Below are positions 38,305-47,092 of a stretch of DNA of 64,000 nt, piece after piece. Below the pieces are notes generated by a model. It saw only the letters and a program-made list of their open reading frames with translations, was not told where the DNA came from and made no database searches. Position numbers and translations under genes: made by a program. Where the stretch lies: contig CAZIDM010000001.1 of the NCBI GenBank assembly GCA_964537915.1, positions 203,433-267,432 on the forward strand. The letters run 5' to 3'. The stretch is from an uncultured Dehalococcoidia bacterium. Lineage in GTDB: Bacteria; Chloroflexota; Dehalococcoidia; Lucifugimonadales; UBA1123. How positions within the stretch are numbered: the first letter of the stretch is position 1; each line of letters starts with the position of its first letter.

Positions 38305-38769
38305 CTATGCTCGACGTGGTCGATTCAGGTCGTCTGAGTCAACCATTATCGTGACCGGGCCGTCATTGTGAAGCTTTACGTTCATGTACGCCTGAAAGCG
38401 TCCAGTCTCCACACTCAGGCCGGTCCCACGAAACGCTAGAAGCGTGTCCTCAAAGAGGTCGGCGGCCACTTCGGGGGCGGCGGCATGGCTGAAGCTCGGT
38501 CTCCGGCCCCGTCGCGTGTCTCCGTAGAGAGTGAACTGGCTTATGACGAGGAGTTGAGCGCCCTCGTCCAGTGCCGACAGATTGAATCGTCCCTGTTCGT
38601 CGGAGAAGATGCGCAAATTGACCGTCTTGGAGACTGTGTACTCTATCTCCTTCGGACCGTCCGTTTCCGAGATCCCTACAAAAACAACGAGTCCTGGGCC
38701 TATCTGACCCAGGACCTCTCCGTCTACAGTAACGGACGCCTTTGAAACACGCTGAATCAGCGCGCGCAT
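38305..38769 (-). CDS. dtd: D-aminoacyl-tRNA deacylase
   Basis: 'MRALIQRVSKASVTV', 'GLVVFVGI', 'ISQFTLYGDTRRGRRPSF'. Confidence 0.93.
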   Translation of the reverse strand: MRALIQRVSKASVTVDGEVLGQIGPGLVVFVGISETDGPKEIEYTVSKTVNLRIFSDEQGRFNLSALDEGAQLLVISQFTLYGDTRRGRRPSFSHAAAPEVAADLFEDTLLAFRGTGLSVETGRFQAYMNVKLHNDGPVTIMVDSDDLNRPRRA

Positions 38770-38772
38770 GAT

Positions 38773-39099
38773 CTAATCGCTGCTGGTTGTTGACGCACTC
38801 TTAGCTTCTGACTTGGAATCGCTCGACTTTGTAGAGTTCTCAGACTTGCCGCCCTCGGACGATTCACCTTCCGACGATTTGGCCTCCGAGCGGTCCGCGT
38901 TAATGCCGTTGTTGCCTCTGCCCTTACCGTAGTCCGTTACGTACCAGCCGCTTCCCTTGAAGATTACTGGCGGTGCGTGGATCTTGCGGTTGGAAGGTGC
39001 ACCACACTCCAGACAGTCAGCCACCGGGTCTGAGTCAAAGCTCTGCCTCAACTCGAATTGGTGGCCGCAGGCCGTGCAACGATAGTCGTACCTGGGCAA
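38773..39099 (-). CDS. FmdB-family zinc-ribbon protein with Ser/Glu/Lys-rich tail
   Basis: 'MPRYDYRCTACGHQFE...CLECGA' CxxC-CxxC ribbon. TTG start with a GGGAGG SD. Lies 3 nt upstream of dtd. Confidence 0.85.
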   Translation of the reverse strand: MPRYDYRCTACGHQFELRQSFDSDPVADCLECGAPSNRKIHAPPVIFKGSGWYVTDYGKGRGNNGINADRSEAKSSEGESSEGGKSENSTKSSDSKSEAKSASTTSSD

Positions 39100-39126
39100 G
39101 TTCCCGCCTCCCGTCTGAATGTATCC

Positions 39127-39153
39127 TTAGCAGTCCTATTTCAGGACTGCTAA
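39127..39153. repeat. Perfect 11-bp inverted repeat, 5-nt loop (TTAGCAGTCCT-ATTTC-AGGACTGCTAA)
   Basis: Read directly from the sequence. It lies 28 nt upstream of the fmdB TTG (in its leader on the minus strand) and upstream of the carbamoyltransferase-like gene. No U-tract on either strand. Confidence 0.8.
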
Positions 39154-39222
39154 TCACCTCGATAAATCTAGCATTGGCAACTGCGGGTGTCAAACGACGA
39201 ATGGCCTCTGCTGGTCGCGCTC

Positions 39223-40185
39223 ATGTACAATTTCAGCTTGAATTCGAAGGCCATATCGAAGGCTTGGTCAGCAAGGACGCCCAAACTGAGACACCTCACA
39301 AAGACTACTCGTCTAACCAGGGAATGGGTCGAAGAGACCCTCTTCCCGCTGTGCGACGAGCTCCGAAGTTCCGACACAGCTCCTGACTTGATGAGGGGCA
39401 AGGCCCTGTACTGCCTTTTCTACGAACCGAGCTTCCTCACCAGAACGTCATTCGAGCGGGCCGTTGGGCTGCTCGGAGGCCAGGCATATCACACCGAGGA
39501 TGCCTCCCAGTTCTTCCCGGTCCACAGTTCCAGGTTCGTCGACGACATAACCAGTATCCTTGCCAGCCTCAAGATGGACGTTGTGGTTGTTCGCAGTGGA
39601 GACCCGAATGTCACTGAACGAGCAGCATCAGTGGATGCCATGCATGTCGTAAACGGTGGCAGCGCCGACGATCACCCCACCCAGGCCCTGGCGGATCTCT
39701 ACACCATCCAGCGGGAACTTGGCGAGATAGACGGGCGAACTATCGCAATAGTCGGCCGGCTTGAGAACAGGAATGTTGCTGCACTCCTGAAGGGCCTTGC
39801 CATCTTTGACGGGATTGAGGTCCTGTCGATCCCCTTCAGCGGTCAGGTCCCCACAGACGTCGTCGCCTACTGCTCCGAACGTGGAGTGAAGTTCAGTAGC
39901 AGCGACAGTCTGGATTCCCTGTCCGAGGCTGACGCCATATACCTCAACGGTCCGAGAACTGCGGCTCATATGGAGTTGCTGAGGACGAGGGGACGAGGCA
40001 GGCTGGTCATTGACGAGCCATTCATGGACTCACTGCAGCCGCACACCGTGGTCATGGATCCCATGCAGCGCAGCGGCGACTTCGTTATCAACGTCAGCGA
40101 TCCCCGGCTGGCCTTCTACAGGCAGGCCGAAAACGCTCTCTACGTGCGAATGGGCATTCTTTCAGAGCTGTTCAGCGGCGGATAG
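39223..40185 (+). CDS. Aspartate/ornithine carbamoyltransferase-fold protein with degenerate carbamoyl-phosphate motifs
   Basis: 'FYEPSFLTRTSFE' where the canonical sequence is 'F.EPSTRTR.SFE'. 'HPTQALADLYTI' is conserved. 'VVMDPMQRS' replaces 'HPLPR'. Start taken at ATG 39223; the ORF track starts at GTG 39187. Confidence 0.7.
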   Translation: MYNFSLNSKAISKAWSARTPKLRHLTKTTRLTREWVEETLFPLCDELRSSDTAPDLMRGKALYCLFYEPSFLTRTSFERAVGLLGGQAYHTEDASQFFPVHSSRFVDDITSILASLKMDVVVVRSGDPNVTERAASVDAMHVVNGGSADDHPTQALADLYTIQRELGEIDGRTIAIVGRLENRNVAALLKGLAIFDGIEVLSIPFSGQVPTDVVAYCSERGVKFSSSDSLDSLSEADAIYLNGPRTAAHMELLRTRGRGRLVIDEPFMDSLQPHTVVMDPMQRSGDFVINVSDPRLAFYRQAENALYVRMGILSELFSGG

Positions 40186-40191
40186 CTAAGG

Positions 40192-41403
40192 TCACGGCAT
40201 GGCAGCGGCCCTGACCAGTCGGGTCAGAAGTGGCGCTATTGTTGGCCCAAGACCAAAGATCATTCCGGCGATCTGGCGATTCCTGACCGTGCCAAGGATC
40301 GCCCGGCTGTGCCAGTCAAAAGAGAATCCGTTGGCTCCAAGCACCTCAGCCTGCACTTCCTCAGAGAGGAACACGTTCATGATCTCTTCCTTCTGTTCGT
40401 TGCTCATCGCCTCGAACAGTCTGCGGGCATGGTGCCCGATATCCAACTCTCGGCCGAACTCACGCTTCCATCGACGCTCGTACCTTTGGATGGATCGGGC
40501 GGACAGGTCACCTGAATCCAGTGCTTCCAGAGCGGTCTCCGCAGCAATTCGCCCGGACATCATGCCGTAGTAGATCCCGCCACCGGTCGTCGGTTTGGTG
40601 AATCCCGCAGCGTCGCCCAGTACCATCGTCCTCGGCCCATACGTTGTGTTCAGTGGCCTGACAGGAATACCCCATCTGTTGAAATCGTGGACGTTGGCTT
40701 TGATTCTGCCCTCGTCCCGCAACTTCGTTACCAGTGCATCGAGGCACATCGCCTGTCTTTGACGGGAGATAGTCCCGACAAGGCCGTGTGAAGATGTGGT
40801 AGGCACAAGCCACCCTACTGACTCCGGAGCCCCGCCGCACCCAACGAAAACTTCCACGTCTTTCACACCGTTGGTTTCGACCTCGACCTGCTGACCGAAG
40901 ATGAAATCCTGCTCGCTACGGCCACAAAGCCCGGCCATTCGAGTAATGGGCGAGCGGAACCCTGCTGCGATCAGCAGGAGGCGACTCTCAAAACACTCAA
41001 CACCTGTACCGCGCCTGGTCCAGACTCTCACTTGCTTTTTCGTCCGGTCAATCGAAGTTGCTCTATGGCCGATGAAGTAGTCCGCCCCGTGGCTGGCGGC
41101 CTTCGACGCGAATTCACTGACATAAGCTACGCGGTCAACAATCAGTGCCTGCGGTCCATCCTTTTTGACGCTGTAACATCTTCCGGAAGGCGAATGAATT
41201 AACGCAGAGTCTACTTGTCGACGTATATGGACATCAGATACCGGAAACTTCCTTGCGCACTCGAGGCCAATGACTCCGGTACAGAGCTTGTCCCCTAACC
41301 TCTCCCTGTAGTCAATGACTGCTACGCGCGCGCCGTCTTTGGCGAGTTTAAGAGCCGCCACGTTTCCGGCCGGTCCGGCGCCTATTATCAGAACGTCATA
41401 CAA
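40192..41403 (-). CDS. Geranylgeranyl reductase-family FAD-dependent oxidoreductase
   Basis: 'YDVLIIGAGPAGNVAALKLAKDGARVAVID' dinucleotide fold and 'VLGDAAGFTKPTTGGGIYYGM'. TTG 41403 gives the canonical 'MYDVLIIGAGPAG'. The ORF-track GTG start is at 41505. Confidence 0.8.
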   Translation of the reverse strand: MYDVLIIGAGPAGNVAALKLAKDGARVAVIDYRERLGDKLCTGVIGLECARKFPVSDVHIRRQVDSALIHSPSGRCYSVKKDGPQALIVDRVAYVSEFASKAASHGADYFIGHRATSIDRTKKQVRVWTRRGTGVECFESRLLLIAAGFRSPITRMAGLCGRSEQDFIFGQQVEVETNGVKDVEVFVGCGGAPESVGWLVPTTSSHGLVGTISRQRQAMCLDALVTKLRDEGRIKANVHDFNRWGIPVRPLNTTYGPRTMVLGDAAGFTKPTTGGGIYYGMMSGRIAAETALEALDSGDLSARSIQRYERRWKREFGRELDIGHHARRLFEAMSNEQKEEIMNVFLSEEVQAEVLGANGFSFDWHSRAILGTVRNRQIAGMIFGLGPTIAPLLTRLVRAAAMP

Positions 41404-41585
41404 GTGTCTTGACCTGCTCAGGATTGGTTCATGCCGGGATGCGGGATGCAAAGCCGACCGAATACTAGCGCAGCCCGTCTGTGCTGGACAAGCCAGACTG
41501 TTCACTTGGCACGCTCACATGGAGACTGGAGTCAATTGCGTCGGCAACGGCGTCGGCTTATAGTAATCTCACATCAGGGAGATTC

Positions 41586-42737
41586 ATGGAGCCAGATACA
41601 CAGAAGCTCATAGAGTCCATGCACAGCGCTGAGGGTATGATATCTCTCGTTATCGCTGGAGCGGGCTCGCAAGCCATGAACGACATCCTCAGCGTCGCAG
41701 GCGCATCGGGTACGGTGTTGGACATTCAGGTCCCATACGCTTCCTCTGCCATGGTTGACTATCTCGGCGAGGAGCCGGAACAGTTTGTATCAACCGGTGC
41801 AGCGCTCTCACTCGCAAGGGCGGCCTACTTTCGGGCTGTGGGACTGCGGGAGAGTGACGTTCCCATCGCAGGTGTTGCATGTACCGCCACTATCGCCACG
41901 AATCGACCCAAGCGCGGCGACCACAGGTGCCACGTCTGCGTCTATGACCCAACTGGATGGAGGTCTGATTCCATTACATTCGTCAAGGGGCTGCGAACGA
42001 GGGAACAGGAGGATCGAGTCGTTAGCAGGCTCATTCTCAACTCATTGGCAGCGTCGATGGGACTCAGCGATCAGCTCGACCTGGGACTATCACAAGATGA
42101 GGCTGTTATTTCAGAAGGGAGTAACTTCCCGGACGCACTGGAGGCATTGACCGAAGGCCACGTTCGACATGTACTGGTTGACCCAGAAGGCACAAAGAGG
42201 GCTGACGTGCCATTCAAAGGGGGAATCATCTCTGGTTCGTTCAATCCCCGCCACGACGGTCACGATCAGCTGGCCAGCGCGTCGGCGGATATTCTGGGAC
42301 TGCCCATAGCCTTTGAACTCTCAGTAACAAACGTAGATAAGCCTGAGCTTGAACTGCCCGAGGTTGGGAAGCGATTAGACCAGTTCAGAGGCCGCGCGAG
42401 CGTCGTCGCCACCCGCGCGCCTGTTTTCTACGAGAAGGCTCGTCTCCTGCCTGGATGTGTTTTCGTCATCGGACATGACACGCTCGTACGGCTCGTCGAC
42501 CCGAAGTATTACGACGGCAGCCGGGCCAGGATGATGTCCGCATTCATGGAAATGAAGTCTCTAGGCTGTTCGTTCCTGGTCGCCGGACGTATCCAGAACG
42601 ACGGCTTTAAGACTCTCGATGATGTCAGTGTCCCAGACGAACTTGCGGACATGTTCACCCCTATTCCGGAGTCGGTCTTCAGGGAAGATATCTCTTCGAC
42701 TGAAATCAGACTGGCTGCCCAGCAGCCCGGTTCATAA
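41586..42737 (+). CDS. Fusion protein: CinA-C/PncC-like domain + NadD-like nucleotidyltransferase domain
   Basis: The N-terminal half 'LVIAGAGSQAMNDILSVAGASGTVLDIQVPYASSAMVDYLG' has CinA C-terminal-domain-like topology. The C-terminal half has 'SGSFNPRHDGHDQLA' (HxGH motif) and 'ISSTEIR' (NadD ISST motif). Start at ATG 41586. The TAATG overlap joins its stop to the ubiD start. Confidence 0.7.
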   Translation: MEPDTQKLIESMHSAEGMISLVIAGAGSQAMNDILSVAGASGTVLDIQVPYASSAMVDYLGEEPEQFVSTGAALSLARAAYFRAVGLRESDVPIAGVACTATIATNRPKRGDHRCHVCVYDPTGWRSDSITFVKGLRTREQEDRVVSRLILNSLAASMGLSDQLDLGLSQDEAVISEGSNFPDALEALTEGHVRHVLVDPEGTKRADVPFKGGIISGSFNPRHDGHDQLASASADILGLPIAFELSVTNVDKPELELPEVGKRLDQFRGRASVVATRAPVFYEKARLLPGCVFVIGHDTLVRLVDPKYYDGSRARMMSAFMEMKSLGCSFLVAGRIQNDGFKTLDDVSVPDELADMFTPIPESVFREDISSTEIRLAAQQPGS

Positions 42738-44191
42738 TGGCATTCAAGGACCTCAGGGGTTTCATTGAGCTCCTCGAACAGTCGGGCGAGTTGAAGAGAA
42801 TTGACGCTGCTGTCGATCCTGAGCTTGAGGTCACTGAAATAACTGACCGTATGGTGAAGACCGGTGGCCCCGCCCTGCTCTTCACGAACGTACGCGGCTA
42901 TAGCACTCCCCTGCTGATTAACCTATTCGGGACTCACCGGAGAGTTGCCCTCGCCCTTGGCGTGGACCACATTGACGAGCTGGTGGACCGGGTCAGAAGC
43001 CTGCTGAGCATGGCGCAGGACCCGCCGACAGGAATCGGCGGAAAGCTCCGTGCGCTTGGGGACATCGTCGGTCTGGCGCGATCTCAGCCCCGGGTGGTGC
43101 GCAGGGCGCCGTGCCAGGAGGTAGTGTCAACGGGGGACGAAGTAGACCTCTACCAAATGCCGATAATCACATGCTGGCCTGGCGACGCTGGCCCGTACAT
43201 CACGCTGCCACTGGTGATCACTCGTGATCCCGAGTCAGGTCGGAGAAACGTCGGCACCTATCGAATGCAGGTGTTCGACAAGAAGACCACAGGTATGCAC
43301 TGGCAGACACACAAGGTGGGCACGAGACACGAGAGGCGGGCGCAGGAACAGGGTATAGAGCGACTGGAAGTGGCTGTTGCGCTCGGGGCAGACCCGGCAA
43401 CCATGTGGACCGGGTCGATGCCCCTTCCTCCCGACATGGATGAGTTGGCGGCTTCGGGCGTCATACGCGGTGAACCCGTCGAAGTTGTAAAGTGCAAGAC
43501 AGTCGACCTCGAGGTGCCCGCGCACGCTGAATACGTCCTTGAAGGCTATGTAGTACCCGGTGAAACGCGGGACGAGGGTCCCTTCGGAGATCACACGGGA
43601 TACTACTCGCCGCCTGAGCCGTACCCTGTGTTCCACGTCACCGCCATGACACACCGCCGAGATCCGATCTACCCAACAACGATGGTGGGGCGACCTCCAA
43701 CTGAGGACTTCTTCATGGGCAAGGCTGCCGAACGCATAATGCTGCCGGTCATGCAGATGGCTCTTCCAGAGATTGTCGATGTCAACATGCCGGCCGAGGG
43801 CATCTTCCACAACCTGGTCATCGTTTCGATTCGCAAGGAGTACCCGGGTCACGCCCGAAAGGTCATGCACGCCTTATGGGGCCTTGGTCTGATGATGCTC
43901 GTTAAGACAATTGTGGTCGTGGACCACTTCGTCGACGTGCAGAACCACTCAGAAGTGGCTTGGAGGGTGACCAACAACATAGATCCGGCTACCGACGTCG
44001 TGTTTGCGGACGGTCCCCTTGATGATCTGGATCACGCAACGCCGACACCCAGGTTTGGCAGCAAGGTCGGGGTGGACGCGACGGCCAAGTTTCCTGGCGA
44101 GGGACGGAGCCGGGACTGGCCTCCCGACATCGTAATGAGCGACGACATCAAGCGGCTGGTCGACAGCCGATGGCAGGAGTACGGGTTCTGA
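42737..44191 (+). CDS. ubiD: UbiD-family (prenyl-FMN-dependent) decarboxylase
   Basis: 'FKDLRGFIELLEQSGELKRI', 'GPALLFTNVRGY', 'GPFGDHTGYYS'; 484 aa. Confidence 0.9.
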   Translation: MAFKDLRGFIELLEQSGELKRIDAAVDPELEVTEITDRMVKTGGPALLFTNVRGYSTPLLINLFGTHRRVALALGVDHIDELVDRVRSLLSMAQDPPTGIGGKLRALGDIVGLARSQPRVVRRAPCQEVVSTGDEVDLYQMPIITCWPGDAGPYITLPLVITRDPESGRRNVGTYRMQVFDKKTTGMHWQTHKVGTRHERRAQEQGIERLEVAVALGADPATMWTGSMPLPPDMDELAASGVIRGEPVEVVKCKTVDLEVPAHAEYVLEGYVVPGETRDEGPFGDHTGYYSPPEPYPVFHVTAMTHRRDPIYPTTMVGRPPTEDFFMGKAAERIMLPVMQMALPEIVDVNMPAEGIFHNLVIVSIRKEYPGHARKVMHALWGLGLMMLVKTIVVVDHFVDVQNHSEVAWRVTNNIDPATDVVFADGPLDDLDHATPTPRFGSKVGVDATAKFPGEGRSRDWPPDIVMSDDIKRLVDSRWQEYGF

Positions 44192-44232
44192 GCACGGCTG
44201 CAACCACAACGGCCCTTTGGCGAAGGGCGCCA

Positions 44233-45069
44233 ATGTACCTTGATGCCATAAAATTTCACGAGAGCATCTTCGCCCTGCCATTCGCCTACGTTGGCATGAT
44301 CCTGGCTGCAGACGGTTTCCCAGGATGGTCGACATTCGGCTGGATCACCCTGGCGATGGTCAGCGCCCGCACGGTCGGTATGTCGGCCAATAGAGTCATC
44401 GACAGGCATATCGATGCCCTGAACCCGAGGGCATCGATGCGTCACATCCCTCAGGGTCTGCTGAAGGCGAAAGAGATGACGGCCCTTGCAGTGGTCTCGT
44501 TCATCGTTTTCCTCTTGGCTGCATCGCAGCTCAACACACTGGCCCTGATACTTGCTCCGGTAGCAGCGGCCTACCTCGTCCTGTACCCGTACTCGAAACG
44601 CTTCACCTGGGCTGCAAACCTGCTTCTGGGGTGGGCGCTAGCGATTTCGCCGTCCGCAGCCTGGATCGGTGTGACTGGAAGCCTGACCTGGGAGCCGGTG
44701 CTGATGTCACTATCTGTCGCACTTTGGGCGGGGAGCTTCGACATCATCTACCACACTCAGGATGTTGAGTTTCATCGACAGAATGGACTCCACTCAGTCG
44801 CATCCCGGTTCGGCGTTCCAAGAGCATTTGCGATCGCGCGGACTCTCGACGTGGGCGCAGCGCTGTGTCTTGTCACCCTGGGAGTCTGGATGGAGCTCTC
44901 GTGGCCTTACTTCGTTTCGTGCGTAGGCGCTTCGGGATTCCTCGTGTACAAGTACATCCTGGTTTCACCGTCCGACCTGTCGAGGTTGGGTGTCGCGTTC
45001 GGTCGAATAAATGCATACGTTTCCACGACCATGCTTATCGGTACAGTTTGGGCGATCTATCTGGGATGA
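44233..45069 (+). CDS. ubiA: UbiA-family aromatic prenyltransferase
   Basis: Multi-TM protein with 'NRVIDRHIDALNPR' NxxxDxxxD motif and a second Asp-rich region 'SFDIIYHTQDVEFH'. Start at ATG 44233. Confidence 0.85.
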   Translation: MYLDAIKFHESIFALPFAYVGMILAADGFPGWSTFGWITLAMVSARTVGMSANRVIDRHIDALNPRASMRHIPQGLLKAKEMTALAVVSFIVFLLAASQLNTLALILAPVAAAYLVLYPYSKRFTWAANLLLGWALAISPSAAWIGVTGSLTWEPVLMSLSVALWAGSFDIIYHTQDVEFHRQNGLHSVASRFGVPRAFAIARTLDVGAALCLVTLGVWMELSWPYFVSCVGASGFLVYKYILVSPSDLSRLGVAFGRINAYVSTTMLIGTVWAIYLG

Positions 45070-45689
45070 CTTCGACGCATCCAATTCCAGAGCAACCCCT
45101 GGCAGCCCCCGTCGTGGTGGGAATTACAGGCGCGAGCGGGGCGATTTTGGCAAGTCACACTATCGATGCCCTGTTGGCCGAGGGTGTGCCTGTGATCGCC
45201 TCCGCAACTGGCACGGCAAGGATTGTATGGAAACAGGAGATGGACGAGTCCTTCGGAGCCGCCCTGGAGAAATGGACCGACTCCGGGACGTTCGAGTACT
45301 ACGGCCCCCAGGAGATGGCCGCTCCAATTGCCAGCGGCACATTCCCCGTTCGTGGCATGACCATCGTGCCATGCAGTATGGCGACAGTGTCGGGAGTAGC
45401 CCACGGGTCATCCGACAACCTCATTCGTCGGGCTGCCGACGTGACCGTCAAGGAGCGCAGGCCTCTTGTTGTAGTACCAAGAGAGTCGCCACTAAGCCTG
45501 ATCCACCTGGAGAACCTGACCAGGCTGGCCTCCCTCGGAGTCACGATCATCCCGCCCGAGCCGGCGTTCTACTTCCGACACCAGACCGTGGAAGACGTGG
45601 CAAGATTCGCCGCCCAACGGACCCTCCTCTCGCTGAAAGTAACTGACCGCTTGCCGGAGGAGTTCCAGTATCTCGGGGAGAACAACTGA
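45066..45689 (+). CDS. ubiX: Flavin prenyltransferase UbiX
   Basis: 'VVVGITGASGAILA', 'PCSMATVSGVAHGSSDNLIRRAADVTVKERRPLVVVPRESPLS'. ATGA overlap with the ubiA stop. The ORF-track start 44865 is upstream and lies inside ubiA. Confidence 0.92.
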   Translation: MTSTHPIPEQPLAAPVVVGITGASGAILASHTIDALLAEGVPVIASATGTARIVWKQEMDESFGAALEKWTDSGTFEYYGPQEMAAPIASGTFPVRGMTIVPCSMATVSGVAHGSSDNLIRRAADVTVKERRPLVVVPRESPLSLIHLENLTRLASLGVTIIPPEPAFYFRHQTVEDVARFAAQRTLLSLKVTDRLPEEFQYLGENN

Positions 45690-45758
45690 AATTTGCAGTT
45701 GTTTCGATTAGCCCCGCTGTCTAAAATTGCCAACCAGAAGTGAACTCCAAGGAGCGAC

Positions 45759-46334
45759 GTGACAACAATGATCTCCTCTCTCGACGCGGTGAAGGCAATC
45801 AACGATGTAAGGGGCGACGCCGTCGTCGTGGGAACCATGACGCCCAATCGTTACTGGGAGTCCGTCACCGACAAACCTGATCTCGATCTCCCGATCTTTG
45901 GGGCGATGGGAAAAGCGTCTTCGGTCGCGCTTGGAATTGCACTCGCGCAGCCCGACAAGAAGGTGCTCTGCCTGGATGGGGACGGAGGCCTACTGATGAA
46001 TCTCGGCACCCTGGTTACAATCGCCGAGACCGCTCCCGAGAACCTGGTTCACTTCGTATTCGAAGACGGGATGTACTTCACCACCGGAGGCCAGCCGATA
46101 CCGGGCTCAGAAAAGTTCGACCTCGCGGCGATGGCCCGAGACGCAGGTTTTGAGCGCACGTATGAGTTCAGCGACCTGGAAGACCTTGCCAGCGAGCTGC
46201 CACAGATCATCGGGCAGCAGGGTCCGATCTTCGTCTGCCTGAAGGTGACCCATCCGCCGACTCCTCCCCCGTTCTACATGGGTAAGACCGGTCCAAAGAT
46301 GCGTGAACTGGCCGGTACGCTCCAGGACAACTAG
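45759..46334 (+). CDS. TPP-binding beta-subunit-type decarboxylase (sulfopyruvate/phosphonopyruvate decarboxylase beta-like)
   Basis: 'GAMGKASSVALGIALAQPDKKVLCLDGDGGLLMNLGTLVTI' TPP GDG motif and 'FEDGMYFTTGGQP'. 191 aa. No alpha-type partner nearby. Confidence 0.7.
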   Translation: MTTMISSLDAVKAINDVRGDAVVVGTMTPNRYWESVTDKPDLDLPIFGAMGKASSVALGIALAQPDKKVLCLDGDGGLLMNLGTLVTIAETAPENLVHFVFEDGMYFTTGGQPIPGSEKFDLAAMARDAGFERTYEFSDLEDLASELPQIIGQQGPIFVCLKVTHPPTPPPFYMGKTGPKMRELAGTLQDN

Positions 46335-46354
46335 CCACAGGTTCTCTCCACGAT

Positions 46355-47041
46355 ATGTTCGACTTTCACACTCACACGTTTCTCAGCGACGGGGTACTGT
46401 CGCCCATTGAGCTAATAAGACGCGCAATACACGCCGGTTATCGGGCGATGGCGATCACTGACCACGTGGGGCCGGGGAACATGGAGTTCATACTCAAGAC
46501 CCTGACCGCCGATTGCGAGATGGCCAACTCCCGATGGGACATCCTCGCCATGCCAGGGGTCGAGATTACGCATACGCCCAGCGAAGACATCGACAGGCTG
46601 GCACGCGAGTGCAGACGCCTCGGCGCGGTGATGGTGAATGTCCACGGAGAGACTGTCACCGAGCCCGTAGTCGAAGGCACCAACCTGGCAGCAGTCTCAA
46701 GCGGAGATGTCGACATACTCGCTCACCCAGGTCTGGTTACTCTCGAGGAGGCCCGGATTGCCGCCTCAAACGGCGTATTCCTGGAGGTCTCGGGTCGAAA
46801 GGGTCATGGCATGGCGAACGGTCATGTCGTCAAGACTGCCCGTGCCGCGGGTGCGAAACTGATCCTGGACTCCGACGCTCATGCACCAGAAGACCTGCTG
46901 AGCCGCGACTTCGCCATGAAGATCGCAATAGGATCCGGGCTGGACATCGAAGACGCTGTTGCACTGCTGGACTCTGCACCGCTGGAAGTGCTCGACAGGG
47001 TCGGCGTGAGCCGGGACAGAGTCCCTGGCTTCAATAGTTAG
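46355..47041 (+). CDS. PHP-family metal-dependent phosphoesterase
   Basis: 'MFDFHTHTFLSDG', 'AITDHVG', 'NVHGE', 'LAHPG', 'LDSDAH' His/Asp ladder. Confidence 0.8.
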   Translation: MFDFHTHTFLSDGVLSPIELIRRAIHAGYRAMAITDHVGPGNMEFILKTLTADCEMANSRWDILAMPGVEITHTPSEDIDRLARECRRLGAVMVNVHGETVTEPVVEGTNLAAVSSGDVDILAHPGLVTLEEARIAASNGVFLEVSGRKGHGMANGHVVKTARAAGAKLILDSDAHAPEDLLSRDFAMKIAIGSGLDIEDAVALLDSAPLEVLDRVGVSRDRVPGFNS

Positions 47042-47047
47042 GGTACG

Positions 47048-47073
47048 GAGTGGGCAACAGGTGTCGCCCACTC
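47048..47073. terminator. Hairpin between convergent genes (possible bidirectional terminator)
   Basis: 8-bp stem GAGTGGGC / GCCCACTC with a 10-nt loop, in the 51-nt convergent spacer. No clear U-tract. Confidence 0.35.
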
Positions 47074-47092
47074 TCGATTAGTCGGTCGTTAC

